DNA of 64,000 nt from Escherichia phage A221, in sequence record ON862890.1. One strand, given 5' to 3'. How positions within the stretch are numbered: the stretch's first letter is position 1; each line of letters opens with the position of its first letter. A program made the position numbers and the translations under genes. Under the pieces are notes generated by a model. That model was not told the origin of the DNA, searched no databases, and was given only the letters and a program-made list of their open reading frames with translations. Positions 36,231 through 44,684 of this stretch are shown one piece after another.

Positions 36231-36683
36231 ATGAAAGAACAACTACAGACAATGGCTACCGAGGACATCATGAACGAACTGGAGCCGCTGATCACAGTGG
36301 ACCCAGAAGACATGAACCTTGACCAGATCTCACTGAAAATCGGGCGCTCTTGGATGGCTGTGCAGCGGCATTATCTGCGCGAGGGGCGTTATCTTGAATT
36401 TCTCAACGGGCGCTTCCGCCAGATCGATCTCTATCTGCGCCGCTACTATGCAGGGGAGTTACCCCCTAACATCTACGCAGAGCGCCCCCTGAAGGTTCGC
36501 CCCCTGAAGTCTGACCTAGATACATGGGTCAAAGCGGACGATGACTATGTGGAGTTGTCTGTTCTGTTACAAGAACAAAAAGCAAAAGTCAAGTTCATAG
36601 AGACTTGTTTGGATCGCCTAAACAAACTGGGATACGAAGTGAAAAATGCTATTGAGTGGAGAAAATATATTGATGGTGTATAA
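36231..36683 (+). CDS. putative recombination mediator (UvsY-like)
   Basis: 150 aa; YYAG and C-terminal LGYEVKNAIEWR segments resemble T4 UvsY as remembered; lies next to UvsW-like helicase as in T4. Confidence 0.4.
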   Translation: MKEQLQTMATEDIMNELEPLITVDPEDMNLDQISLKIGRSWMAVQRHYLREGRYLEFLNGRFRQIDLYLRRYYAGELPPNIYAERPLKVRPLKSDLDTWVKADDDYVELSVLLQEQKAKVKFIETCLDRLNKLGYEVKNAIEWRKYIDGV

Positions 36684-36698
36684 CGAGGATCACACATA

Positions 36699-37445
36699 AT
36701 GGCATCTCTCCAGGATCTACGCAAGCTGAATGACTTCGAAAACCGTCATTACACATTTCAGCAATACGAACTTCCTCATAAGGAACTGGAGTGTGTTACG
36801 ACGGAGAATGGTCGTCATTACGTTTCACCGTCTGGTGTAAAACTGACATCCGTCACGACTATGCTGGGGCGCACTGGAGATCATGAATGGCTTGAGTCTT
36901 GGAGGAAGAAGCTGGGCGCAGAGGCCGCTGACCTTGAGACCATGCGCTGTGCTGACCGAGGGGAGAAGCTGCACCTTGCGTGTGAACTGTATCTAAAGAA
37001 CCGCCCAATGAAAGAAGTGTTGGAAGCGGCTGGCGAATACATGTTCATGTTCAAGCAGCTGTTCCCTTACCTGAACAAGATGACAAAGATCTATGCTCAG
37101 GAGATCCCATTATATAGTGAGGTGCTTGGTCTTGCAGGTCGTGTAGACCTTATCGGGGTTTATGAGGGTAAACCTGCTGTCATCGACTTCAAGACATCGA
37201 ACACCATGAAGACGCGGGGCATGATCGAGGATTACAGTATCCAGCTGTGCTTATATTCGGTCATGTTCCAGCAGATGTTCGGCGTCAAGATCACCCGCCT
37301 CATCAACGTGATTGCCAACGAGTCTTCCCCTCTACCAACCGTCATTGAGTTCAACCGTGATGACATTCTGACAAAGATGTTTGAGCGTGTTCGTCTGTAT
37401 CATCGCATGGATAAAGAACAAAACGGAGTCTGGCCGGATCACTAA
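36699..37445 (+). CDS. PD-(D/E)XK-family nuclease (putative exonuclease)
   Basis: 248 aa; GRVDLIGVYEGKPAVIDFKTS contains a D...D-x-K signature typical of the restriction-endonuclease-like fold. Confidence 0.5.
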   Translation: MASLQDLRKLNDFENRHYTFQQYELPHKELECVTTENGRHYVSPSGVKLTSVTTMLGRTGDHEWLESWRKKLGAEAADLETMRCADRGEKLHLACELYLKNRPMKEVLEAAGEYMFMFKQLFPYLNKMTKIYAQEIPLYSEVLGLAGRVDLIGVYEGKPAVIDFKTSNTMKTRGMIEDYSIQLCLYSVMFQQMFGVKITRLINVIANESSPLPTVIEFNRDDILTKMFERVRLYHRMDKEQNGVWPDH

Positions 37446-37448
37446 ATA
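37442..37448 (+). promoter_or_regulatory. late-promoter-like motif CTAAATAcccc
   Basis: Overlaps TAA stop of upstream gene; 26 nt upstream of UvsW-like ATG 37474. Confidence 0.5.
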
Positions 37449-37473
37449 CCCCATAATCCTTGGGAGATTTTGT

Positions 37474-38982
37474 ATGGCAGACATTCAGATTGTTAAGGTT
37501 AACGAAGTCCGCATGCGTTGCATCGCAGATCTTTCTATCAGGGAAGAACTTAATGACTACTTCAAATTCGAAGACCCGAACTTCGTTCCCAACCCCTTCT
37601 CTAAATGGGACGGGGTTGTCCGCCTATTTACCAAGTCATCTGGTCTAATCGATATCGGTCTGCTGTTTGAGGTATTTAAGTTCTGTAAGAACAACGGATA
37701 CACCATTGAACTGGATCCGGCACTGAAGTACATTCAGGACATCCCAGATGAAGAAATCCGTGAATTCATCGACAGTCTGCATCCAAAGATCCGTACCGAA
37801 AATCACGAATATATCGATGCCGAGACTCGTGACTACCAGTATGACACCATCGCCAAGGCTATGCGTCAAACCAGATGCGTCTGTGAACTGGCTACGAGTG
37901 CCGGTAAGTCCTTTATTCTGTATGTCATGGCGCGGTACTACAGGCGGCGCAGAGAAGCTCTCGAAAGTCCTCTGAAGACGCTTATCGTGGTGCCGTCAAT
38001 CCACTTAGTCACTCAGCTGTACGACAACTTCGAAGAGTATGCGCATGGCAGTGATTGGAAGCCCGTTGTTAACACCCAGCTGATTTTTGAGGGCGCGACA
38101 AAGGAGATCAGCAAACCAATCGTCATCAGTACATGGCAAGGCATTCAAGATCAGCCGAAGGAATGGTTCCACCAGTTCGGTGATATCGTGGTGGATGAAG
38201 TGCACACCTCCAAGTCTGAGAAACTGTCTTACATCCTAAACAACTGCATCTATGCCGACCAGCGCCTGGGGGTTACAGGTACGCTGGCGAATACCAAAGT
38301 TGCCGGGCTTCAGGTGGTGGCTCACTTCGGGGCGTACCATAAGATCATCACGGCTCGCGATCTCATCAATCTCGGGTACGCCACTGACATCAAAGTGAAG
38401 ATGATTCAGCTGAAGCACACTCCGGCGGATGCTGTTGGTCTGGACGGGGATTATTCCAAGGAAATAGAATACCTCATTACACACCAGTCCCGCAACGAAC
38501 TGATCGCCAAGATGGCACTGAATCTGAAAGGAAACGTGGCCATCATGTTCGAGCGTATTGATGGTCACATGATGGTCGTGTATGATATGCTGAGCGCAGT
38601 CAAGCCCAACGTGTTTGTCATCAACGGGGAAGTGAAGATCGAAGACCGCCGCCGCATACAGAAAGCGATGGAGGATGGAGAGGACATCACCCTGTTGGCA
38701 TCATACGGGACAATGCAGCAGGGAGTGTCGATCAAGAAGCTACACCACCTTGTACTGGCACACCCGAGCAAGTCATATATCCGCGTCATACAGACATTGG
38801 GTCGTCTGATGCGTCAGCACTCCTCTAAGGACGTCGCGTGGATATGGGACTTAGTGGATGATGCATCGTACAACGCCAGCACGAACCACGCTCTTAGGCA
38901 CTCTCACGAGCGTTACAAGTTTTACCTGGCAGAGCGCCACCCTGTGGAATTCATGAAGGTGGCGCTGGGTAATCACGATTAA
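37474..38982 (+). CDS. uvsW: DNA helicase (T4 UvsW-like, SF2)
   Basis: ATG at M32 of track ORF (codon 1 TTG); ELATSAGKS Walker A, VVDEVH motif II; overall resemblance to UvsW; CTAAATA at 37442 overlapping upstream stop codon. Confidence 0.75.
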   Translation: MADIQIVKVNEVRMRCIADLSIREELNDYFKFEDPNFVPNPFSKWDGVVRLFTKSSGLIDIGLLFEVFKFCKNNGYTIELDPALKYIQDIPDEEIREFIDSLHPKIRTENHEYIDAETRDYQYDTIAKAMRQTRCVCELATSAGKSFILYVMARYYRRRREALESPLKTLIVVPSIHLVTQLYDNFEEYAHGSDWKPVVNTQLIFEGATKEISKPIVISTWQGIQDQPKEWFHQFGDIVVDEVHTSKSEKLSYILNNCIYADQRLGVTGTLANTKVAGLQVVAHFGAYHKIITARDLINLGYATDIKVKMIQLKHTPADAVGLDGDYSKEIEYLITHQSRNELIAKMALNLKGNVAIMFERIDGHMMVVYDMLSAVKPNVFVINGEVKIEDRRRIQKAMEDGEDITLLASYGTMQQGVSIKKLHHLVLAHPSKSYIRVIQTLGRLMRQHSSKDVAWIWDLVDDASYNASTNHALRHSHERYKFYLAERHPVEFMKVALGNHD

Positions 38983-39350
38983 TCTTGATTCACATAGGCG
39001 GGGGTGGCCTCGCCTTCATCAGTTACTACACCGAACAATTTGTCCAGAGAAGCCAGACATTGTGAGTTCAGGTGTTCACTGATCGTATCCTTCAGCATTT
39101 GTTCGCTACCCAATTTGAATGGCAGAACCTTCGCTTCGATGCCGTTTTCAAACGTCACAACGCCAACATACAGACCAACTTTCAGGCCTGTCATCAAGCC
39201 AAGGGGGACAAATCGCGGCTCCGATGGTAAGTGCTTGTCTGACGCCAGCTGTGTCAGATAAACTGGGGTGCCTGTGATAAATTGACCTGTGGTGAGGTTG
39301 GCGTCTGGCTTACTACACCCGACTGCGTATAATCCTACGAACTGTTTCAT
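38979..39350 (-). CDS. hypothetical protein
   Basis: 123-aa minus-strand ORF with ATG and gagag RBS, diverging from the AT-rich iteron region. Confidence 0.4.
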   Translation of the reverse strand: MKQFVGLYAVGCSKPDANLTTGQFITGTPVYLTQLASDKHLPSEPRFVPLGLMTGLKVGLYVGVVTFENGIEAKVLPFKLGSEQMLKDTISEHLNSQCLASLDKLFGVVTDEGEATPAYVNQD

Positions 39351-39533
39351 ATATTACTCTCGTGTGTTGGTTAACATGACATACATATTATTTCGCGTGC
39401 ATGTTTAGACCAAATAAATTATTTTTGCTGTTGAATAAAAACTGCTTTCTTGTTGAACAATGGCGTGGTATTATACGAGTTGTGAGCGTTAGCGAACAAC
39501 GAGTATTTGTTTTATGAGCGAAGCGAATAGGAT

Positions 39534-39598
39534 TAATAAAGATTATTATCTTTAATAAAGGTTATTATCTTTAATAAAGGTTATTATCTTTAATAAAG
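39534..39598. repeat. tandem direct repeat, about 3.4 copies of a 19-bp unit
   Basis: taataaag(a/g)ttattatctt repeated head-to-tail in the 380-bp AT-rich divergent intergenic region. Confidence 0.85.
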
Positions 39599-39601
39599 TC
39601 C

Positions 39602-39622
39602 ATAAATGCCGAAGGCATTTAT
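39602..39622. repeat. perfect 9-bp inverted repeat (palindrome)
   Basis: ATAAATGCC-gaa-GGCATTTAT immediately after the tandem array. Confidence 0.8.
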
Positions 39623-39731
39623 TAATAACGCGTAGCGCAATTTGCCACTTGTTCTATAAGCAAAACACAGCGATACTAGATTGCGTCAAACATGACTTGA
39701 ACCCCCCACTATATTTTGAGGATACATACAA

Positions 39732-40400
39732 ATGCAAGAGATCACTCTCTCCGAACGTACACTTCAGTTGCTGGCCAACTTTGAGACCATCAACCCATCT
39801 ATCGTTCTGACACCGGGCAAGATGCTGCGCAGTATTAATGATTCTTCTACTGTGATCGCCGTGGCGCAGATCGAAGAAGACTTCCCGTTTGAGTTCCCGA
39901 TTCTGGACCTGACCAAACTTCTGGCCATCCAGCGCCTACCTTCCTTCAAAGGTGCCAAAGCCGAATTCCATCAGGACTACATCCTGTTGAAAGGCGAAAG
40001 TTCTCAGCTGCAATTCTGGCGTTCTGCTAAAGAACTCACTGTTGTTCCGGCTGACACCATTGAACTACCGTCTGTCGACTTTGAAGCGATCATCACTCCA
40101 GAGAAGATGAAAGAACTGACCCGCGCCTGTTCTACCCTCGGACACAAGACTGTGCGCCTGGTTGCTCAGGGTGGCAAAACTCGCCTGGTTGCAACCACCA
40201 CTACCCTGGACAACTCCAACAACTACACTGTTGAGCTGGGTGAAACCGCGCTGCCGGACTTCGTAATGCCGCTGGATGTTGCCAACCTGAAAATGATCGA
40301 AGGCAACTACACTCTGCGTGCATGTGCTGATCTACAGATGGTGAACTTCCAATCATCCGACGCGACGATCAATTACTTCGTCGGCGCACAGATTGAGTAA
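39732..40400 (+). CDS. gp45: sliding clamp (T4 gp45-like)
   Basis: 222 aa; N-terminal LQLLANFETINPSIVL resembles gp45 LLKNFATINSGIML; followed by gp44/gp62/regA-like genes in T4 order. Confidence 0.8.
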   Translation: MQEITLSERTLQLLANFETINPSIVLTPGKMLRSINDSSTVIAVAQIEEDFPFEFPILDLTKLLAIQRLPSFKGAKAEFHQDYILLKGESSQLQFWRSAKELTVVPADTIELPSVDFEAIITPEKMKELTRACSTLGHKTVRLVAQGGKTRLVATTTTLDNSNNYTVELGETALPDFVMPLDVANLKMIEGNYTLRACADLQMVNFQSSDATINYFVGAQIE

Positions 40401-40481
40401 TCAATCTCCAGCCTGATGCTATAATGTGTGGGCGGGGGCGTTCCCCGCCTATTTGAAATGATTCTTCTACACGAGGCTGAA

Positions 40482-41471
40482 ATGTCTAATATCACAATTG
40501 TAAAAGACCAGTACGCTTGGGAAAACCGCTTCCGCCCTGACAACCTGGACGAGATTATCATCCCTCAAGACGTCCGCGCTAAAATCCATGGCTACATCAC
40601 CAGCGGTAACGGCAACATCCCGTCTATGCTGTTTTACTCCCCTCAGCCTGGTACTGGCAAGACCACTTCTGCTTTGGCCGTGTGTAATGAAATCGGTTGT
40701 AAGCAACCACTGATGATCAACGCATCCCTGGACAACAGCATTGACGTTATCCGTGACCGCGTGATTCAGTACTCTACTGGTGTGAGCGTATTCGGTGGCC
40801 GCAAAGTCGTTATCCTCGACGAAGTAGAGCGTCTGTCTATGGCGGCACAGGAGTCGCTGAAGGGTATTGTGGAGAAGGTCTCCAAGAACTGTTCATTCAT
40901 CCTGACCACCAACGCCAAGCAACGTGTGAACGAACCTCTGCGCTCTCGTTGCCGTGAAATCGACTTTATCTGGAATGAGACCGAGGCTGATGAGGTCAAA
41001 CTTCAGTTCATGCGCCGCTGTGCTGAAATCCTTCGCAGCGAAGGTGTTGAGTATGACCCTCCTGTGTTGGCTGCTATTGTCAAGCGCCATTTCCCTGATA
41101 ACCGCCGCATCATGGGTGTTCTACAGGATAACGTCACCACTTACGGCAAGATCGACGAACGTGCACTGGCTGTGTTAAAATCGGCCGATATGGGCATGTT
41201 GGTGAATATGTTGAAGGATAATGACTGGGCTGGGATGAAGCAGTGGGTGACCGACAACCAGAACTATATCACTGAAGACTTCTATTCCCGCTTCTTCCAG
41301 TTCTGTGTACCACAGGATAAAGAGAAGCAAATGTTGGTTCAGAATGAGTCTATCCCTGATCTGGTATGCGTGTGTGGTCAGTCTCAGATTGAACACCGTC
41401 AAGTCGGCGATGTCTGGCTGCATGCTGTGTTTTTCCTGACCAATGTCATGCTCAACATCAAGTGGAAGTGA
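40482..41471 (+). CDS. gp44: clamp loader large subunit (T4 gp44-like, AAA+)
   Basis: ENRFRPDNLDEIIIP...SPQPGTGKTT Walker A; VVILDEVERL Walker B; ATG 40482 fits gp44 N-terminal spacing (track start 40428 inside hairpin). Confidence 0.85.
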   Translation: MSNITIVKDQYAWENRFRPDNLDEIIIPQDVRAKIHGYITSGNGNIPSMLFYSPQPGTGKTTSALAVCNEIGCKQPLMINASLDNSIDVIRDRVIQYSTGVSVFGGRKVVILDEVERLSMAAQESLKGIVEKVSKNCSFILTTNAKQRVNEPLRSRCREIDFIWNETEADEVKLQFMRRCAEILRSEGVEYDPPVLAAIVKRHFPDNRRIMGVLQDNVTTYGKIDERALAVLKSADMGMLVNMLKDNDWAGMKQWVTDNQNYITEDFYSRFFQFCVPQDKEKQMLVQNESIPDLVCVCGQSQIEHRQVGDVWLHAVFFLTNVMLNIKWK

Positions 41472-41475
41472 TATT

Positions 41476-41898
41476 ATGGCCGCCCTTGGATTGTTCGATT
41501 ACCTGGCTGCTCTGAACAGCAGCAAAGAAAACCTTTTGCGGTCTGATGACCCAGAAGTGTTGAAAGGATTCGACCCGTTTATGACGCGGCGTGGTTTAGC
41601 TCAGAGCAAAGACACTCTAGTGGCTGCGCAACAGATGAATAAGCTACATGCTATCACTCCATGGATGCAATGGTCATATGCCTTTTACACCATTCCGGCT
41701 CGGAAACGCTACGACAAATGGTCTAAGAAAGGTCCGATTGATCCTGACGTGAAGTTACTCTCAGAGTACTTCTACATCAGCATGGAGAAGGCATCGGAGT
41801 ACGTCCGTTTCTTGCCGAAGGAAGTCCTGGCCGAGATACGCGAGAAGATGAGACGCACTGAGCTGAACGCCAAAGCGAAACCGCGCAAGGCTAAATAG
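41476..41898 (+). CDS. gp62: clamp loader small subunit (T4 gp62-like)
   Basis: PARKRYDKWSK resembles gp62 PRGKRYGKWAK; position after gp44; ATG 41476 with ggaag RBS preferred over 41443. Confidence 0.6.
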   Translation: MAALGLFDYLAALNSSKENLLRSDDPEVLKGFDPFMTRRGLAQSKDTLVAAQQMNKLHAITPWMQWSYAFYTIPARKRYDKWSKKGPIDPDVKLLSEYFYISMEKASEYVRFLPKEVLAEIREKMRRTELNAKAKPRKAK

Positions 41899-41927
41899 TT
41901 CAAACTATTGTAAAAGGGGAATGAGTC

Positions 41928-42392
41928 ATGGCGCGTAATACGCTAGACATATTGAATATTTCAGCAGTCAACGATGAGGCCAGCATCGTTGATTGTATGG
42001 TTGAAGTTCAATTGAACCAAGATCGGCCAGGTATATTCCTGGGGATCAAGGAAACACTGAGTCGAATTGGGGTAAACACGCGCCAAGAGCCGAATACTCT
42101 GTATCAGACTTGCCATATTCTTCATAAGTGTGGCAAGTATTATATCGTCCACTTTAAGCATCTATTTATGCTGGACGGGCATTACAACGGATTTAACCGC
42201 GAAGATGTCCTGAGGATGAACCGAATCATCAAACTGCTGGAGCAGTGGAACATGGTGAAGGTCATTCATCCTGAACAGGTCACCGAAGCAGCCGATATGT
42301 CTCGCATTAAAGTGGTTAAACACGATCAGGTTCCTGAATGGAAACTGGTTCCAAAATACATCATCCGGCCTACGAAGGCAAAAAGCGAATAA
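41928..42392 (+). CDS. regA: translational repressor RegA
   Basis: IKETLSRIGVN...LYQTCHILHKCGKYYIVHFKHLFMLDG and PEWKLVPKYIIR match T4 RegA signature segments. Confidence 0.8.
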   Translation: MARNTLDILNISAVNDEASIVDCMVEVQLNQDRPGIFLGIKETLSRIGVNTRQEPNTLYQTCHILHKCGKYYIVHFKHLFMLDGHYNGFNREDVLRMNRIIKLLEQWNMVKVIHPEQVTEAADMSRIKVVKHDQVPEWKLVPKYIIRPTKAKSE

Positions 42393-42408
42393 CTGGAGTC
42401 GCTAAATC

Positions 42409-43281
42409 ATGACAACTACATTTTCCAAGAACGTGAATCTGAATCTGGCTTTCGGTAATGCAAAGGGCGACGTCACATCGCCCGACTTTGGTAAGATCCG
42501 CAATCAGGCGAAACTGGTGCTGGAAGAAACCCGTGAACTGCTGGAAGCGGCGTATTTCGACCACGAGGTGAAAATTGAGTTCACTGCATCTCCGCGAGTC
42601 CTGAAAGAACCCGTTGTTGTCGACATCAAAGACATTATGCGCCAGATCATGGATGCCCAGGGCGACATCACAACAGTCAACGACGGTGTGGCTCATATTG
42701 CTGGTTTCGACGGTGACGAATGTCTACAGCGCGTGTATGCCTCTAACATGAGCAAGTTCATCCGTAATGAAGGTGAAGTTGTGCCAGCACTGGATTACTA
42801 CTACAACAAAGGATTCCCACGCGAAAGTCTGCGCATCGAAGGGGAATTCCCTCAGGTGTGCATCAAAGTGGTAGACACCATCACTGTCGACGGCAAAGAG
42901 TACCCGGCTGGCAAGTTCCTGAAGAACATGGCAACCTTCAAAGAGCCTGACTTCTCTGATATGTTGACCGTCGAGCCTAAGCGCCAGATCACCGAAATCA
43001 TTCTGACGGGCACGGCCATTCCAGGCCAGCTCGGATGCAACGAACACGCTGGTGTTGCCTTCGCTCCGTTCGATTTTATTGACGAGATCATGGGATACAC
43101 CAAGATGGGCTTTCAGGCGTTCTCTGGCGAAACAGTCGAGAGCTACATTCCCGTGTTTGTTTTCAATGAAGACAACTTCCCAACTCTGCCGTTGATCTGG
43201 GGTGAATGGAAAGCCAACGTCCGTATCTATGTGGCCAGCCCAGTGCAATCATCTATCACCCAACTGACCCGTATCGATTAA
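42409..43281 (+). CDS. hypothetical protein (DNA-metabolism neighbourhood)
   Basis: 290 aa; N-terminal LVLEETRELLEAAY is a weak ExxE hint toward a MazG-like NTP pyrophosphatase, unconfirmed; followed by a terminator. Confidence 0.4.
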   Translation: MTTTFSKNVNLNLAFGNAKGDVTSPDFGKIRNQAKLVLEETRELLEAAYFDHEVKIEFTASPRVLKEPVVVDIKDIMRQIMDAQGDITTVNDGVAHIAGFDGDECLQRVYASNMSKFIRNEGEVVPALDYYYNKGFPRESLRIEGEFPQVCIKVVDTITVDGKEYPAGKFLKNMATFKEPDFSDMLTVEPKRQITEIILTGTAIPGQLGCNEHAGVAFAPFDFIDEIMGYTKMGFQAFSGETVESYIPVFVFNEDNFPTLPLIWGEWKANVRIYVASPVQSSITQLTRID

Positions 43282-43304
43282 GATATACAGTTATTCACTA
43301 AACA

Positions 43305-43332
43305 ACAGAGGCTATAATGGCCTCTGTTTTCG
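43305..43332 (+). terminator. intrinsic terminator-like hairpin
   Basis: ACAGAGGC-tataatg-GCCTCTGT followed by tttcgtatt. Confidence 0.55.
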
Positions 43333-43349
43333 TATTCTAAGAGGATACC

Positions 43350-44570
43350 ATGAAAGATAAAGCCCTAGACGTCCCGTACTGCGGTGTCCGTGAAGAAAAG
43401 ATAAAGTCGGCCAAACCGGTTCTCAGTCCGACCCATACCAGCCTGTCTTACGAATGGATGCGCGATCGTTATCAGATCCACGTCAAGAAGGACGTCCAGC
43501 GCCTTCCTGCTCCTTGGACTGATAATCCCATATTACGGCAGGTCAAGTTCTGTAACGTCCGGAGAGAGCACGACAGGCAGTCTCTCAACCTGATCAACAA
43601 CATCGTCAACAACGATGCTCTGGGTATGGCCGACAAGATGTTCAACTGCGTGATGTTTCGCATGTTCAACCTCTGGGATCCAATCCAGGCTATCGGCGGC
43701 GCGATGACGATCAAAGAATTCGCCGAGATCAACCTCGATGCAACCCGCGAACGACTTCAGAAGTTCGAGGCCGACGGCGGTAAGGTATTCACCAATGCCT
43801 TCAACACGGGCGGCCTGAAGCAATGCCTGGCTTTCCCTGAGCTGGTTGTCAACCACAAGGAGCAGCGCTTCGGTGGGATGATGGTGAATCTGATCTGTAA
43901 AGATGGTTCAACCCAGAACATGGATTATAAAGAAGCCAAGGCGATAGCCGAAGCAGAACCGGACTTCTACACCATCGAAGGTTGGGAACCGTACATGCCA
44001 ATGCGTGTCATCCGCTCCCTGAAGGCATTCGTCAACAAGTATCCAAATTACTTCCATGACCTGCTGCGCCTTGGTACTCCTTTGGAAGTATACCAGCGCA
44101 TGTATGACGACATCGAAGGGCTTGGTCCATTCCTGGCCTATCAGATCTGGGTAGACTTCACTTACATTCCTGAATATCCTTTCAGTGAGAACCACTTCAC
44201 GGTTGCTGGACCAGGCTGTCGCGCAGGGATCGACCTGATGTTCCAGGACAAAGATGGCATGACGCATGAAGAATGCATCTTCTGGTTGCGGGACAATCAG
44301 GACGCGGTTTATGGCCCTCTTGGGTATAACAGGGAAGAATTTTGGTCTGCGGAAGAGCCTTGGGATCAGTGTATGAATGTGATGAGCATCGAGAATATGG
44401 CATGTGAATTGTCGAAATATACTCGTTGTGTAGAGGCCATACAGCAAGGTAAAAAACCGCGCGGGAAGGTTGGATATGACGGCGGTGGGGAATACAAAAA
44501 GCGCTGTGATGAAGTCGTGCTCAAACGTGGTTCCGTCAATTTGCTGGACCGTTTGAAGAAACCTGAATAA
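43350..44570 (+). CDS. hypothetical protein (DNA-metabolism neighbourhood)
   Basis: 406 aa; no catalytic motif confidently recognised; flanked by hairpin terminators on both sides. Confidence 0.4.
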   Translation: MKDKALDVPYCGVREEKIKSAKPVLSPTHTSLSYEWMRDRYQIHVKKDVQRLPAPWTDNPILRQVKFCNVRREHDRQSLNLINNIVNNDALGMADKMFNCVMFRMFNLWDPIQAIGGAMTIKEFAEINLDATRERLQKFEADGGKVFTNAFNTGGLKQCLAFPELVVNHKEQRFGGMMVNLICKDGSTQNMDYKEAKAIAEAEPDFYTIEGWEPYMPMRVIRSLKAFVNKYPNYFHDLLRLGTPLEVYQRMYDDIEGLGPFLAYQIWVDFTYIPEYPFSENHFTVAGPGCRAGIDLMFQDKDGMTHEECIFWLRDNQDAVYGPLGYNREEFWSAEEPWDQCMNVMSIENMACELSKYTRCVEAIQQGKKPRGKVGYDGGGEYKKRCDEVVLKRGSVNLLDRLKKPE

Positions 44571-44590
44571 AGATTCCCTTTACTTCGTTC

Positions 44591-44620
44591 TTCAATAACT
44601 CAATCCAGCGTATATTGACC
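44591..44620 (+). promoter_or_regulatory. TTCAATAA box with TATATTGACC
   Basis: ttcaataactcaatccagcgtatattgacc upstream of gene 44685. Confidence 0.35.
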
Positions 44621-44684
44621 TCACTTAAACGAAGCGCCCTGGCAAACGGGGCGCACATTTGAACTGAAACAGGAAGATTACATC

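Noticed and set aside
39534-39598. Possible CRISPR array
   Set aside because: The 19-bp repeats are directly contiguous with no spacers and there are only about 3.4 copies; this is a tandem repeat, not a CRISPR array
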